Below are positions 50,513 to 62,646 of a stretch of 64,000 bases of DNA, piece by piece. The DNA is from an uncultured Hormoscilla sp. GTDB lineage: Bacteria > Cyanobacteriota > Cyanobacteriia > Cyanobacteriales > Desertifilaceae. The stretch spans positions 3,904,001 to 3,968,000 of the forward strand of contig OZ001293.3 of the NCBI GenBank assembly GCA_963921275.4, read 5' to 3'. The position numbers and the translations under genes are program-made. The notes below the pieces were generated by a model. That model was not told the origin of the DNA, searched no databases, and saw only the letters and a program-made list of their open reading frames with translations. Within the stretch, counting starts at the first letter, position 1, and each line of letters begins with the position of its first letter.

Positions 50513-51812
50513 CTATTCTACCAAATGTACCCAATCAAAAGTTGCTTGCACTGCTCGAAATAGCCGCCTATCTGCCGTCCAAAATTGAGCTGACAGTTGT
50601 TCGGACAAAGCCAGATAATGAGCATCATAGGTAGCTGGCAGTCGTAAGCTGCTCGCCAAGTTCAAAGCACGCAGATGCATGGCTACATCGCCGTAGAGGG
50701 TGATATCCAAACTCAAAGCTGTTTCCAGGGCTTGAGATGCCCTTTCTGGTCGCAGTTCCCCTGCAACAATTAAGCGATGCAGGGCATTGCTAACTTCGTA
50801 GTAAATCAAAGTTGGTGCGACTACTTTGTACTCTGATTCTTCCCACTGAGTCCACAACTGCTTGTAAGGAGAATCTGGCGATTCTATGGACACCAGACCC
50901 ACAACAACATTGGATGGGGTCGAGCCGGGAATCGCTTCCCGACCCTCCCTTGAGGAACCGGACTTGCGATTTTCACCGCATCCGGCTACTGGGTACTAGG
51001 CCCTTTTCATAGGTAGACTTAATAGGAATTACTTCCGTTAGCCCTTGCCGCCTGTCTTTTCTTCCCTTTCCTGGTTTAGCGAGTGGTTGTTCTGATAACC
51101 GTTAGTATCACCATTTTCAAGTCAGTTTTACCAGTTATCCATACCTTATCCTCCACTTGCGTTTCGGATTAGTTCCGTGGCTTTTTAGGATTACTCATTC
51201 CAGCAGCTTCCTAGTATCACCGACCCACGTCAGCGCTGGCTACCCAGCATCATCTACATTACTGTAGATGTTATCCCAGGAATTACCCCGGGCATTCGCT
51301 TCTTGGGCCATCCCTCCCCCCGTGGCTTGCGCTTAACATCTAACTTGTCCTGATGGACAGCACACGAGAGGTTACTTCGTTCCCTAACAACATTTCGCGA
51401 TACCTTTAGGTCCACACTATACCCCGGGAGCTATTTGAGTACTATATTAGCCAGAGTCTAAAACTAATACTAGCTACCATTTCCTTTTTAGGCCAGCGCA
51501 TATAGCCTTATTTCGCTGGTTCCTTATAACGAGGCTTGCACATGTTTGCCTGCTCTAACCTTGGATATCTTTCCTAGCGGCGTCACCGGCTTAGGCTGCC
51601 AGTTATCCTACATTTGAGTCCTCGCTTAGCACCACGATGATGTCGCTTCGTAGCACCGAGGACCGGTGTCACCCCCGTACCTGGGGGGAGGGGAATTTAA
51701 CCCCCATGCGGTCAGAGTTCCCGGCTAATGAAACCGGGCTAGCGTTCCGTGTTTGACCACGTTAGGCTAGAACGAATCGCACAGCATCAATACAGATTAG
51801 ACCTGCTGTCAT
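50513..51812 (-). CDS. vapC: PIN-domain (VapC) toxin split by intron B; exons 51812-51783 + 50911-50513
   Basis: Joined protein MTAGLICIDA|NVVVGLV...YEVSNAL...YDAHYLAL...WTADRRL (142 aa); ATG overlaps the stop of the upstream small gene. Confidence 0.88.
50912..51782 (-). mobile_element. ORF-less group II intron, family B (871 nt), sense to vapC
   Basis: Near-identical to the other B copies. Confidence 0.95.
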
Positions 51813-52105
51813 TTTTTTTCAGACTCCCCAAAGCAAGCTTGCAAAATTTGTTCAGTGCGTTCCTCTCGCATTTGATGGATGATTTCAGCAATTGGGGGAT
51901 TGAATGGTTTCCCCCCACGGTCTTCTCTGATTTGAGCTTGTAACTCATCAATCTGTTTCAGGGTTTCCCGCCAGTTTTTCTTGCGGTTAAGTTTCTCTTC
52001 CAGCAGTTCCCTTTCCTCTTTGGAGAGGGAAAGGATTACTTGCACGAGGGATTCTACTAGAGGCACGTTTATGGTGACTGTTTTCTCTTCTATTGACGAT
52101 GACAT
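51809..52105 (-). CDS. Putative antitoxin of the vapC gene
   Basis: 98-aa charged ORF with ATGA overlap to vapC; C-terminal IIHQMREER. Confidence 0.7.
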   Translation of the reverse strand: MSSSIEEKTVTINVPLVESLVQVILSLSKEERELLEEKLNRKKNWRETLKQIDELQAQIREDRGGKPFNPPIAEIIHQMREERTEQILQACFGESEKK

Positions 52106-52313
52106 CGCTCTATTTCTGCAATCTTGTCTTCTCTATTGTAGCACTATATTCTGAAGAATGGGAAAAATTTATTATGGGGATATGGAATCTGCTTAATATC
52201 CCAGGTTAATTAATTAATAATTTACAGATTGATGTAAATTTACTTGTCCGAGACAATTGACAGATTCAAGATAGATGAATATCATAGGGAATAGCAGTTA
52301 AGCAAAGAGAAAT

Positions 52314-52532
52314 ATGGAAGAGGAAATTCAAGCAATAAAGGCAAATTGGCACAGAAGCACTGACAAACGAACCGATAAAAATGATGCAAAAAGGAAATCC
52401 AAACGCTGTTCGGGATACGATCAAACCTTGCATGACATCGGTTTGGCGGAAATAGGCGAATGGACCCCCATGCAACCTACCCAAAATGAGGGTGAAGTGA
52501 TTAGCATTCTCTGTCGTAAAATCGTGATGTAA
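52314..52532 (+). CDS. Small hypothetical protein
   Basis: 72-aa ORF with plausible start and ...ISIL.RK C-terminus; no family recognised. Confidence 0.4.
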   Translation: MEEEIQAIKANWHRSTDKRTDKNDAKRKSKRCSGYDQTLHDIGLAEIGEWTPMQPTQNEGEVISILCRKIVM

Positions 52533-53325
52533 TAGGACGCGACGCTCACCGTTGGTGGTAAGACACACTTTACGGCCGTTGGTAGTAAGGCAGACTTTAC
52601 GGCTTACCGGTAGTCCTAATCTAGTGTTTAGATTGCCATGCAATACAAGGTAGTGTAGCTAAGCGTTAATTAATGACCAGCATGCCGCATGCGCGGCGCT
52701 CCATCTCCACCTAATTTCAAGCACTGGTAACCGATCACCAATCGCTGACAGTAGAGGCAGGGCGTCAGCGGGAGTTTGAGATGCATGCTGCACCTTGGGA
52801 AATTCTGCTGCGGACTCCCGCTGGTGGCTGTCCGCACGGGCGATCGCCTGGAAACCCTGTTGGACTACCGGTGACTGCCTGCTGTTTGAGAAAGGCGATC
52901 GCCTTTCTGACTGGCACCAGAAGAAATTTCCCGCGAAAAAGTTGAGAGTTGGGCAGATAACTCGATAGAGGGGGCTAAGGGGTGTGCTGTTCGTAGTTCG
53001 TAGTTAGGGTACAATATACGTAATCATAGGGGTTTGAGGAATTTTGAACAAGACCTTAGATCGGGGTTTGAGTAACTGTCGAACTGACGTCGGTCAAGTA
53101 GAAGCACTTAACCGGGTTTCTCATCAGGCTATCAAGGAGAAATCAATACTTTAACCGTAGAAACCCGGTTTCACAAACCAAGCTCTAGACCGAACTCCAT
53201 GAGACGAGATTTGGCTCTCGATGAAACACCGTCCAGAAGGGGATATCAATTAATATCTGCCAGTGACGACCGAGCTTAATTTTGTCCTGTCTTCACTGAG
53301 TCCGGCCTGCATATATTTATTCTGG

Positions 53326-53698
53326 CCTCCGATTTTACTCCAGCCAAGGAGGTGCTTACTCCGGCCAAGGAGGCTCCCGCTCCAGCCAATGAGGCTCCCG
53401 CTCTGGCCAAGGAGACTCCCGCTCCGGCCAAGGAGTTACTCAGCTTCCTTTTGGTAATGTTGTTTCAAGTCAAAGCGACACTTTGTCCCGCCACCGAATG
53501 ACTCTCGTACTCGGTGGAATGACTCTTGTACTCCAGGAACTGAACAGTTACTCCTGGGAATGACTGAATTTTCCAGGGAATGACTTCCTCACTCCAGGGA
53601 GTGAGGAAGTCATTCCAGGATAAAATATCTCTATCGTTAAAGGGCGTGAGCCCTGGCAGCGACCTTTTCAGCCAACGCCATTTAGGGAGAAGGAGCCC
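53326..53698 (-). repeat. ~370-bp dispersed repeat with 21-bp tandem units, copy 2
   Basis: Inverted copy of 12916-13265 with an extra 21-bp unit. Confidence 0.8.
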
Positions 53699-53965
53699 CC
53701 TCAATTGCCACGGGGGGGTTTGGGGGGCTCCTTGTGCAACTAATGCATGACCACACCCGTTGCCAGATATCAGAAAAATACCTTTTATAAACCCAACGGG
53801 TTTTGACCGCCCCCCCCTACCTCAAACACGCATATCAATGCTGGCGATCGGCTGGTGGCTGTTGGTGGAAATCGGCAGTGCTAGCGCTGTCGTTGGCTCT
53901 GGCAAGGATAAGACTGTACTATGATAGGACTGTACTATAAGGTATCGCCAGGAGTCGATAAGGTG

Positions 53966-54641
53966 ATGGAAGCTAAGCAAAATAAAGAATATGCGGGTTT
54001 TGGGAAAAGGTTGAGAGCAGCCATAATTTATGGAATCATCATCAATATAGGAGCTTATATCATTAATATAGGAGCTTCTAGCATTGGCTTCGGATGGGTT
54101 TCCGAGCTTGGGAGTACAGCGGAGGGCCAAGGCCTGCACTTGAGTTATGTAATTTGGGAACAATACTCCGGACAGTTTTTAGACCCTATTTCGACCACAA
54201 CACAAGGGTTGCAGCCCTTCGCGCCTTATTTTTTTCAATGTCTGCTCGATGTCTCCCCTTTTGTGCGAGTAGCGCTCCCAGGAGACATCGAACCCAGGGC
54301 TAACTTGCCTAAATTGCTCTATCGAGCAAAGGCTGACGCTGCGATGCGCGACAAGGGGTACGGCGAGTAGCGCGACACCCCGACGGCATCGCAAGGCTTG
54401 CAGCTACGTACAGCCAAAACGGTCCGGACTATTGTTGGGAAGAGAACGGAGTCATTCCCATTCTAGCGGTAGAGGTAGTATCGAAAACCCCAGGGGCGAG
54501 TACAAGGGCAAAAAAAAAGAATATGCCCGCTTGGGAGTGAAATACTATATTATTTATGCCCCGCGCCGCCGTCTAAGACCTCGCCTAACTGTTTACAGTC
54601 TGGAAAACGGAAAACAGATATCTGGCACCAGTCTCAATTAG
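53966..54641 (+). pseudogene. Mosaic of gene remnants (RDD-like start, Uma2 C-terminal fragment)
   Basis: EYAGFGKRLRAAII; later GEYKGKKKEYARLGVKYYIIYAPRRR. Confidence 0.45.
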
Positions 54642-54687
54642 CGCTAAGCTAAGGAAATAGACCAACAAAAATCCCACCAACACCGCT

Positions 54688-55122
54688 ATGATAAAGCGAG
54701 TCATCATCCTCATATCAAGCCTATTGCTCCTAACCAGCTGGACCGCCCCCGCCTTAGCACTCGTGCCCATTAAACTAACCGACCTATCATACCACGAATG
54801 CCCAGCAGAACCGGAGTCAGACAACCTTACCACCAGTGACGGTTCTGGCAGTGCCGCCAATTGCTATATCGTCACTGGTACAGCTATTAACAAATCCCGC
54901 AAAACTGTCTATGATGCTGATATTCACGGTCGCATCTTCGACGCCAACAATAATTCTGTCCTGCCCAACCGGACTCGTCTAGGTTCGATCGAGGAGGTTC
55001 CCGCAGGAGAAAGCAAGTTTGAACTACAGATATCAGTACCTGCCAATTTAGCAACTCCCCTGAAGTTGAAACAGTTCAAAGCATCCGGTTTCCGCAGCCG
55101 AGTCACCCTCCATTTCGATTAA
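54688..55122 (+). CDS. Conserved secreted cyanobacterial hypothetical protein
   Basis: Signal peptide; CYIVTG.A.N...VYDAD..GRIFDA and PLKLKQFKASGF motifs. Confidence 0.7.
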   Translation: MIKRVIILISSLLLLTSWTAPALALVPIKLTDLSYHECPAEPESDNLTTSDGSGSAANCYIVTGTAINKSRKTVYDADIHGRIFDANNNSVLPNRTRLGSIEEVPAGESKFELQISVPANLATPLKLKQFKASGFRSRVTLHFD

Positions 55123-55380
55123 ACCATAGGAGCATCATACCCGAGCGACTGAAGTGACCGCCGGCACAATCAGCTGGAGATTAATATGTAGGGGCGCATC
55201 AAAGGGGCAACTATCTCGCTGTATCCTGGTCGCTCGATGTTCCCCGGGAGCTTGATGTCCCCCGGACGCATGACGAAAACCCGGGGGACATCATAATCGC
55301 ACTACCCGGGGAACATCGTACTCGCACTACCCAGGATACAGCGCCCAATGATACGGCGACTTTACCCTCACGACAAAGAA

Positions 55381-55653
55381 CTAGAAAGCTATGGCTCTTG
55401 GTAATATGCTCATCACCACTCCTTGGATAAACTGGAGGAGAAAAATAGCCAGGATCGGGGAAATATCAATACCACCTATAGGCGGAATGACGGAACGGAA
55501 CAGGTTCAGATAAGGGTCCGTTAACTGGCTGAGGATAGAAAAGGGTGGGTCAAACCAGTTAATATTGGGGAACCAGCTTAACAGGATCCGAATAATCAGC
55601 AGCACAAAATAGATTTGCAGAAAACTGCTAATTGTGGTAATCAGTAAATACAT
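55381..55653 (-). CDS. YggT/YlmG (Ycf19) family membrane protein
   Basis: RILLSWFPNINW...LTDPYLNLFRSVIPPIGGIDISP. Confidence 0.9.
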   Translation of the reverse strand: MYLLITTISSFLQIYFVLLIIRILLSWFPNINWFDPPFSILSQLTDPYLNLFRSVIPPIGGIDISPILAIFLLQFIQGVVMSILPRAIAF

Positions 55654-55763
55654 AGGAGTATTGTGGGTTTCTTGTGACTAGACGGTAGTTGGACTATCTC
55701 TAATTTAACAGAGTCTGAGCCGATCGGCTCAGACTGCTGGCGCGAGATTAACTGTCTCGGGTG

Positions 55764-56123
55764 TTAAAACACCTCTCCATTGGTAGGTCGGCCCGATATC
55801 TCTTGGCCCCCCTTGCCGTTAGCATTGACATGACCCAGTTGCAGGCGGACATCGTCGATCGCCTCATTGAGTTGAGCAATTTTCTCATCCAGACCCTGAC
55901 GTGCAGCTTCCATTCGATATTCATCTGGACTGTGCAGTTTGCGCCTAGAAGGTTTACGGGGTAATGCTTCGGGACTATTTTGCTCGGCTTCCGACAACTG
56001 TGACAAGGCATCAAGATCCCACCGGGAAACTAATAGCGCCCCCACAACGCCACCGAGGATACCACCGACCACCGATCCCAGAAGAAAGCCGCTGGAAAAA
56101 TTATCTTGCTGATTCATTTTCAT
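55764..56123 (-). CDS. Conserved hypothetical protein (YtxH-like)
   Basis: FSSGFLLGSVVGGILGG and MEAARQGLDEKIAQLN.AIDDVR motifs; sits between upp and yggT. Confidence 0.7.
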   Translation of the reverse strand: MKMNQQDNFSSGFLLGSVVGGILGGVVGALLVSRWDLDALSQLSEAEQNSPEALPRKPSRRKLHSPDEYRMEAARQGLDEKIAQLNEAIDDVRLQLGHVNANGKGGQEISGRPTNGEVF

Positions 56124-56314
56124 ACTAGGCAATGCTATGTATTTAGGATAACCACTCACTGGCCGATCGGCCAAATCAGCTGGGATCATCTCAATGCCAG
56201 AATTAAGAATTATACTCCGAACGGTCAGAAACTGCGGATAAGAGGGCAGTAATGATACTTTCGCACCCTTTCATAAGAAACCCGGTTTTTAGGCGATCGG
56301 CCCGTCATCCGTTT

Positions 56315-56968
56315 TTAATCGGTGCCAAACGCCCGATCGCCCGCATCCCCCAGTCCCGGGACAATATAGCCCCGATCGTTCAAACCCTCATCAATACAAG
56401 CGCTGTAAAGCTGTAAACTGGGATAAGCACCAGACAGCTTTTGTAAAGCGGTCGGTGCGGCCACCACAGAAATAATCCGCACCAAAGCCGGATCCGCGCC
56501 TCGCTGGGTCAGTTCAGTCATGGCATACATGATCGAATCCCCCGTCGCTAACATCGGTTCGCAGATCAGCACCCGGGTTTGAGGGGCGATCTTCTCTGGT
56601 AACTTACTTAAGTAGCAGCTTGGCAGCAAAGTTTCCTCATTCCGGGCCAAACCCAGATGGTAAACCGAGGCCAAAGGCAGCAAAGCTTGGGCCCCATCTA
56701 GCAAACCCAACCCAGCCCGGAGGATGGGCACCACTGCTACTGGCACCTCGGGATTAATAAAAGTAGCAGGACATTCCCTCAAAGGGGTCTGCACCGTAGT
56801 TTCCACGGTCACCAACCAATCTCGGGCCGCCTCATAAGTCAGCCAGCGCCCCAGTTCTGTCAGGGCCGTTCTAAATAGTACAGAGGGGGTATGGCGATCG
56901 CGGGCCACAGCCAGCCAATGCTTAATTACAGGATGGGGAGGGACGAAAACACGCAGTTGCAGACTCAT
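56315..56968 (-). CDS. upp: Uracil phosphoribosyltransferase
   Basis: VPILRAGL, PMLATG and YIVPGLGDAGDRAFGT motifs. Confidence 0.95.
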   Translation of the reverse strand: MSLQLRVFVPPHPVIKHWLAVARDRHTPSVLFRTALTELGRWLTYEAARDWLVTVETTVQTPLRECPATFINPEVPVAVVPILRAGLGLLDGAQALLPLASVYHLGLARNEETLLPSCYLSKLPEKIAPQTRVLICEPMLATGDSIMYAMTELTQRGADPALVRIISVVAAPTALQKLSGAYPSLQLYSACIDEGLNDRGYIVPGLGDAGDRAFGTD

Positions 56969-57161
56969 GATGCCTAGGATATGACCTATCTGCACCATCA
57001 TACCGCATTATTGAAAATTGAGAATTGAAAATTGACCACTGACAGTTCAAATAAAGAAAGTCATCTGGAAACGAGCACAAGAATCTGGTATCATATCTAG
57101 GCGTTTTGCGGGATCTTAGCAGAGTCCGCCGGATGGAATATACCTCAAATCTCATACCACC

Positions 57162-58676
57162 TTGCCCATGCCACCTGTATCTACCCCACCCCAAAATTTT
57201 GATGTCATCGTCATCGGCGCTGGCATCGGCGGACTGGTAACCGCCACTCAATTAGCAGCAAAAGGTGCTCAAGTCCTGGTCCTAGAAAGCTACCTCATCC
57301 CGGGTGGTAGTGCCGGTTACTTTGAACGGCAAGGCTATCGCTTTGATGTCGGTGCATCCATGATCTTCGGTTTTGGCAGCCAAGGCACCACCAACCTCCT
57401 CACGCGCGCCTTAGCAGCAGTCAATGTCAGCATAGAAACTATCCCCGACCCCGTACAGCTCCATTATCACCTGCCCAACAGCTTAGAACTGAAAGTACAT
57501 CGGGATTACGAACAATGGATAGCCGTACTAACTGCCAAATTTCCCCAGGAATGGGAAGGAATAAGTCGCTTTTATGACGAATGTTGGCAAGTATTCAACT
57601 GTCTGAACTCAATAGAATTGCTATCCCTAGAAGAACCGCGCTATTTAATGCGAGTATTTTTTCAGCATTCCCTAGCTTGTCTAGGTTTAGTCAAGTATCT
57701 GCCCCAGAATGCCGGGGACATTGCCCGTCGCTATATCAAAGATCCCGAACTATTGAAATTCATCGATATAGAATGCTATTGTTGGTCGGTAGTCCCCGCT
57801 GACATGACCCCAATGATTAATGCAGGCATGGTATTTTCTGACAGGCATTATGGCGGCATCAACTATCCTCAAGGCGGAGTAGGACAGATAGCGCAAAAGC
57901 TAGTGCAAGGATTGGAAAAAGCCGGGGGTAAAATTCAATACAAGTCGAGAGTGACCCAAATATTGCTGGACAAAGGTAAAGCGGTAGGAGTGAAATTAGC
58001 GAATGGGAAAATATATCATGGCAAACGCATAGTGTCAAATGCTACCCGCTGGGATACCTTTTCAAAGTTACTGCCTCAGATACCAGCAGCAGAAAAGAAA
58101 TGGCAGCAGCGTTATCAAAAATCTCCCAGTTTCCTAAGTTTGCATTTAGGAGTGAAAGCAGAAAATCTGCCCCCAGGAACAGAATGTCATCATATAATTC
58201 TGGAAAATTGGAGTAAAATGGCAGCAGAACAGGGAACGCTGTTCGTGTCCATTCCTACCCTGCTGGACTCAAGTTTAGCCCCAAAAGGATATCAGATTAT
58301 ACACAGCTTTACCCCCAGTTGGGTGGAAGAATGGCAAGGGTTGTCAGCCCGTGCATATGCAGAGAAAAAAGCAGCAGCAGCAACAGCAATTATTAACCGG
58401 TTAGAAAAGATATGGCCAGGAATCAAAGATGGGTTAGAACATATTGAAGTAGGCACGCCGCGCACCCATCGGCGTTTCTTAAATCGGCAGGATGGCACCT
58501 ATGGACCCATTCCCAGACGCAAGCTATGGGGATTGTTAGCCATGCCCTTTAACCGGACATCGATACCGGGTCTATACTGCGTAGGAGATAGTACATTCCC
58601 CGGACAAGGGTTAAATGCAGTGGCGTTCTCAGGTTTTGCTTGTGCTCATCGCATTGCAGTAGATTTGGGTTTGTAG
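57162..58676 (+). CDS. crtH: Carotenoid isomerase
   Basis: [32 protein letters not shown] and [17 protein letters not shown] motifs. Confidence 0.92.
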   Translation: MPMPPVSTPPQNFDVIVIGAGIGGLVTATQLAAKGAQVLVLESYLIPGGSAGYFERQGYRFDVGASMIFGFGSQGTTNLLTRALAAVNVSIETIPDPVQLHYHLPNSLELKVHRDYEQWIAVLTAKFPQEWEGISRFYDECWQVFNCLNSIELLSLEEPRYLMRVFFQHSLACLGLVKYLPQNAGDIARRYIKDPELLKFIDIECYCWSVVPADMTPMINAGMVFSDRHYGGINYPQGGVGQIAQKLVQGLEKAGGKIQYKSRVTQILLDKGKAVGVKLANGKIYHGKRIVSNATRWDTFSKLLPQIPAAEKKWQQRYQKSPSFLSLHLGVKAENLPPGTECHHIILENWSKMAAEQGTLFVSIPTLLDSSLAPKGYQIIHSFTPSWVEEWQGLSARAYAEKKAAAATAIINRLEKIWPGIKDGLEHIEVGTPRTHRRFLNRQDGTYGPIPRRKLWGLLAMPFNRTSIPGLYCVGDSTFPGQGLNAVAFSGFACAHRIAVDLGL

Positions 58677-58943
58677 AACGGGCGGATACGTAAGGATTGA
58701 ACCGGTGTAAATAAGAAGCAAAGAGGAGAAGAGAAAAAATGTGGCAATGATATTGACAAGGGGAAAGGACAGGTGCAATAATCAACAGTCCGTGTCTCCT
58801 GGGTAGTGCTTTTAGCGCTCCCAGGAGACACGGCGGAAGAGTACAGTGAGTATTATTGTAGGTAAAGGGGAAACCCAAAAGCAGAAAAATTAAGGCGCAA
58901 CTAGCGCGATCGGTTAGAAAAAAAGACTCAAGGGAGAATATTA

Positions 58944-60044
58944 ATGGCTTTGATTTTGGACATTGATGGCAATGGCGCATTAGACGCCCTGACAGATGGC
59001 AGGTTGGTGCTGCTATATCTGTTAGAACAGTTGAATGAGAGTGTGATACAAGACTCGCTCGACCTGGAGAATGCGACTCGAACTACCCTAGGGGAGATAG
59101 AAGCATACCTGGATAGTATACGTGACCTGCTGGATATCGATGGCGATGGCACAGTAGACGCCCTGAGTGACGGGGTGCTGAACGTAGCTAATCAGTTGGG
59201 GGTACTTTCGGGGGTAATACAGACAGCTGTCAGGGAGAGTGCAACGAGAACTACATCAGAAGAGATCGGAGCATACCTGGATTCCTTACAGAATGAGCCT
59301 CCGGTAGCTGCTGATGACCAGGCGATCATTGGTCAGGAGGCAGAAACATCGATCCCAGTTCTGGGAAATGACTCAGATCCGAATGGAAACCCGCTGAGAA
59401 TTACTGAGACAACGGACCCAGCGAATGGTTCGGTTACTATAAGCGGGGACCAGGTGGTCTATACTTCAGATCCGGGCTTCACGGGAACGGATAGCTTCAC
59501 CTACAGTATTAGTGACGGGGCGGCGACCTCTTCGGCCACAGTGACAGTCACTGTACAGCCAGCGGATCAGCCATTAACTGGTACAGATTCCGCAGATGTG
59601 CTGATCGGTGACAATAATCTTGTCAGCCTTGGGGCGACAGTAGAACAAATAATCGGCGGCGCTGGAGATGATATTCTAGTTGGCGGACGCGGTGCCGACC
59701 TATTGACAGGGGGTGAAGGTGCCGATCGGTTTGAGTATTTGAGCTTGGCTGACAGCGGTGCCGACCCCGATGCTACCTTAGAATCGGGGGATAATATTCA
59801 AGATTTCGACCCAACTGTTGATACAATTGCCCTATTGTTTGACGTGGCTCCAGGTACGCCAGTCGCACTAGAAGATGTGACAATTAACCTGAGTTTCATC
59901 AACCTAGGCTTAGCTACGATTGGGCTTTCTGCTCTGAACACAGAGGACAATCAGTTTCTGCCCGAGCAATTTACCATCAGGTTGAACAATTTAGATCCAG
60001 CAACTACTGCCGAGGATATCCTCGGTGCGATCGTCTTTGCATAG
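58944..60044 (+). CDS. Extracellular Ca-binding protein (DxDGxG repeats, Ig/cadherin-like domain, RTX repeats)
   Basis: LDIDGNG..DAL.DG x2, NEPPVAADD...VLGNDSDP...FTYSISDG and GGAGDD/GGEGAD motifs. Confidence 0.8.
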   Translation: MALILDIDGNGALDALTDGRLVLLYLLEQLNESVIQDSLDLENATRTTLGEIEAYLDSIRDLLDIDGDGTVDALSDGVLNVANQLGVLSGVIQTAVRESATRTTSEEIGAYLDSLQNEPPVAADDQAIIGQEAETSIPVLGNDSDPNGNPLRITETTDPANGSVTISGDQVVYTSDPGFTGTDSFTYSISDGAATSSATVTVTVQPADQPLTGTDSADVLIGDNNLVSLGATVEQIIGGAGDDILVGGRGADLLTGGEGADRFEYLSLADSGADPDATLESGDNIQDFDPTVDTIALLFDVAPGTPVALEDVTINLSFINLGLATIGLSALNTEDNQFLPEQFTIRLNNLDPATTAEDILGAIVFA

Positions 60045-60090
60045 GCCCTAGGGCCCGCCCGGATATGGGCAGTTAAAAATCTATCTGCAC

Positions 60091-60118
60091 AAAAAAACCC
60101 GCCCAGGCGGTTTTTTTT
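60091..60118 (+). terminator. Intrinsic terminator-like hairpin
   Basis: AAAAAAACCCGCCCAGGCGGTTTTTTTT, 46 nt after the stop of 58944..60044. Confidence 0.6.
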
Positions 60119-60753
60119 GTCAAACGGATACGCAGATCGCAGGGATAACACGGGGGCCAATGCAATCTGGTATGACGCTTTGCAATTGAATGAGCGTTGA
60201 ATCCCGCCATCCGCCTTAGGGAACAATAGCATTGATAGATATACGGATATTTCCGAGTCATATTTACACAAAAATCCGGAAGAGATGGTCATTTGCCTGT
60301 ATTAATATATAATTAAGGGGTGTTATCAAGGTCATACTCGCACATGTGAGCTATGTGAGTGACAGTGCAAAGAGAGGCATAGCCACAATCACAACAGCTA
60401 TATAGAGGATGTGCGATCGCCAATACCGCCATATCTGGATAAACGTAGCTTGATAGAGGAGTGGAGACTATGGGGGAAAAACTAATTTTATCTGCGATCA
60501 TTACTATTGTCTTCCAACTACAGCTTGCTGTCAAGTCTGAGACTATTAGCCTAAAAATGTCAGGGATTGAGCAAATTATCACTCATGAGATGATAACAGA
60601 AATAGCTAGAGAAAACCTAGACGATATGCTCAGGTGGTTGAGGCAGAAGCAAACAATGTTGAATTAATTAATAGGGCAGCGAATTGTTAATGGCTAATAG
60701 CTAATGGCGTCGAGAAGCAATTAGCTATTAGCAATTAGCGCATGGATCATAGA

Positions 60754-62646
60754 TTATTTGGCGGCGATCTTCAACTGATAAGAAATGGGTTTTCGGCTGT
60801 TGTTAACCACGACAAACTGATAGATACCAGTTTCAGGCAGGATAGCAGACAAGGAGGTTTTAGGGGAGTCCGCTAGCAAGGGATCGAGATCGGAAGTTTG
60901 GGGATAAATTGACAGCCCGGTGGTCCCAGAGGGCGACGCTTGCAGATCGACTTGCAAACGTTGACTTTGACCGAGACTGGCAGTGAAGATTTTACCTGTA
61001 CCGGGTATCAGGGTGCCCGGAACTTGTTTGCTGGAGGTATTGAGCGCAAATTTGATTTCCTCTACCCTATGTGGTATGGTAGAGACGAGGTCAGAGGCGA
61101 TCGCCTGCCAAACCTGACCGAAGGGATGTGCGAGAAAGGCGACAGCATTGTCAAACCGAGAGAGGGGCGAAAAACCAAACAAATGCCCAAAGCGGGCATC
61201 GGTTAAATCGTTCAGAGCCAGGCTATTGATGTTATACTGAGCGAGTGCAGCTTGCCAGCTGCGAAGATCGGCCTGGGTGTAATTTCCCATCTGACGGCGG
61301 GCCGGATCGCTGATGGTCTCCAGTTTATCCAAAGATGCAGCGGCAATTGCATCCCACTGGGCCCGGAACTGGGCATCGGATGGTTTATCGGTAAATTGAC
61401 GACCTTTTAAGTTCGGGTTTTGGGCGTAGAATTGCTCGTTGACTAAATCGATGAAAAAATAGTCGTCAATGCTGAGGGACAAGCGGCGATCGCGCAGTCT
61501 TTGTTTGCGCAGCTGTTCCTCTGGGGATATTGCTGTTTGATGAAGTCCAGAACCCCCGGTCCGGGTATTGATCCAAGCATTACGTGCCCAGAGGCCAACG
61601 CCACCGATACTAGCAAGCAGAAAACCCACCAGGAAGATTTTCCTCAAACTGAATTTACTCAGAACCGTAGCAGTTGTAGTGAGGTTCCTAGCAGCATAGG
61701 GGGATCTGGAGGCGGTAGCAGGAGTAACGGGAGGTGGCGTGAGGGGCCTGGTGGTGACGGGATTGGGAACGGGATATGAATTGAGGACTTCCAGTACGGC
61801 ACGGGCATTGGCGGGGCGATCGCCGGGTAATTCGGCCAGCATGTGGTCCAAAAGAGCGGATAAATGGGGGCTAATATTAATAACCTGTGAGTGCCAATTC
61901 CATTGTAGAGTATCGGGGTGCATCAGGGACTGAGGTTCCCTGCCTGTCAGCAACACCAGACAGGTAGTGGCCAGGGCATACAGGTCACTACGAGGAGAGA
62001 CTATCCCCATCTGCATTTGCTCTTTAGGGGCATATCCAGATTTCCCCAGCAGAGTGACTGGTGCATTAGCAGCTTTGGGATTAAGCTGAGAGGAGACCTT
62101 GGCCGCTACTTGCTTGACGCCACCAAAATCAATCAGCACGGGTAGCCGGTCAGAATGCCGTAAAATCAGATTTTCTGGGGAGATGTCGCGGTGAATTACA
62201 CCTTTGGCATGGATGTAGGACAACACGGGCAATAGCTGAATTAGCAGTTGAGTTACCTCGGCCTCATTAAAGCAGAGTCTCTGACTTTTACGGGCTGCCA
62301 GTAACTCCCGATAGCTTTGACCCTCGGCATAATCCTGCACTAGAAACAGTAACTCGACAGTACCATTTTTCACCCGAAACAGCTCTCGGAACCGAGGAAT
62401 CTGGGGATGTTGCAGTTGATAGAGGACGCCAGCTTCCCGAGCAAAGAGTTCCTCGGCTTTTTGCAGGGCGTCGGGGGTTTGCACCTTGGGGGCAAATTGC
62501 TTGAGTACGCAGAGTTCGCCGAAGCGATTAGTATCTTCAGCTAGATAGGTGCGGCCAAAGCCACCATGCCCCAACTCGCGGACGAGGCGGTAGCGATCGC
62601 TTAAGATTGAGCCTGGATGAATAGGACTATTCATAGCAAAAACCAA
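60754..62646 (-). CDS. Ser/Thr protein kinase with TM helix and C-terminal extracellular domain
   Basis: LGHGGFGRTY, HRDISPEN, DFG and SDLYALA motifs. Confidence 0.9.
   Translation of the reverse strand: MVFAMNSPIHPGSILSDRYRLVRELGHGGFGRTYLAEDTNRFGELCVLKQFAPKVQTPDALQKAEELFAREAGVLYQLQHPQIPRFRELFRVKNGTVELLFLVQDYAEGQSYRELLAARKSQRLCFNEAEVTQLLIQLLPVLSYIHAKGVIHRDISPENLILRHSDRLPVLIDFGGVKQVAAKVSSQLNPKAANAPVTLLGKSGYAPKEQMQMGIVSPRSDLYALATTCLVLLTGREPQSLMHPDTLQWNWHSQVINISPHLSALLDHMLAELPGDRPANARAVLEVLNSYPVPNPVTTRPLTPPPVTPATASRSPYAARNLTTTATVLSKFSLRKIFLVGFLLASIGGVGLWARNAWINTRTGGSGLHQTAISPEEQLRKQRLRDRRLSLSIDDYFFIDLVNEQFYAQNPNLKGRQFTDKPSDAQFRAQWDAIAAASLDKLETISDPARRQMGNYTQADLRSWQAALAQYNINSLALNDLTDARFGHLFGFSPLSRFDNAVAFLAHPFGQVWQAIASDLVSTIPHRVEEIKFALNTSSKQVPGTLIPGTGKIFTASLGQSQRLQVDLQASPSGTTGLSIYPQTSDLDPLLADSPKTSLSAILPETGIYQFVVVNNSRKPISYQLKIAAK

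Noticed and set aside
52670..52960. Possible CHAT-domain remnant (APWEIL)
   Set aside because: Only one short motif in broken frames; not enough support.
60461..60667. 68-aa ORF
   Set aside because: No recognisable motif; cannot be told apart from a chance ORF.
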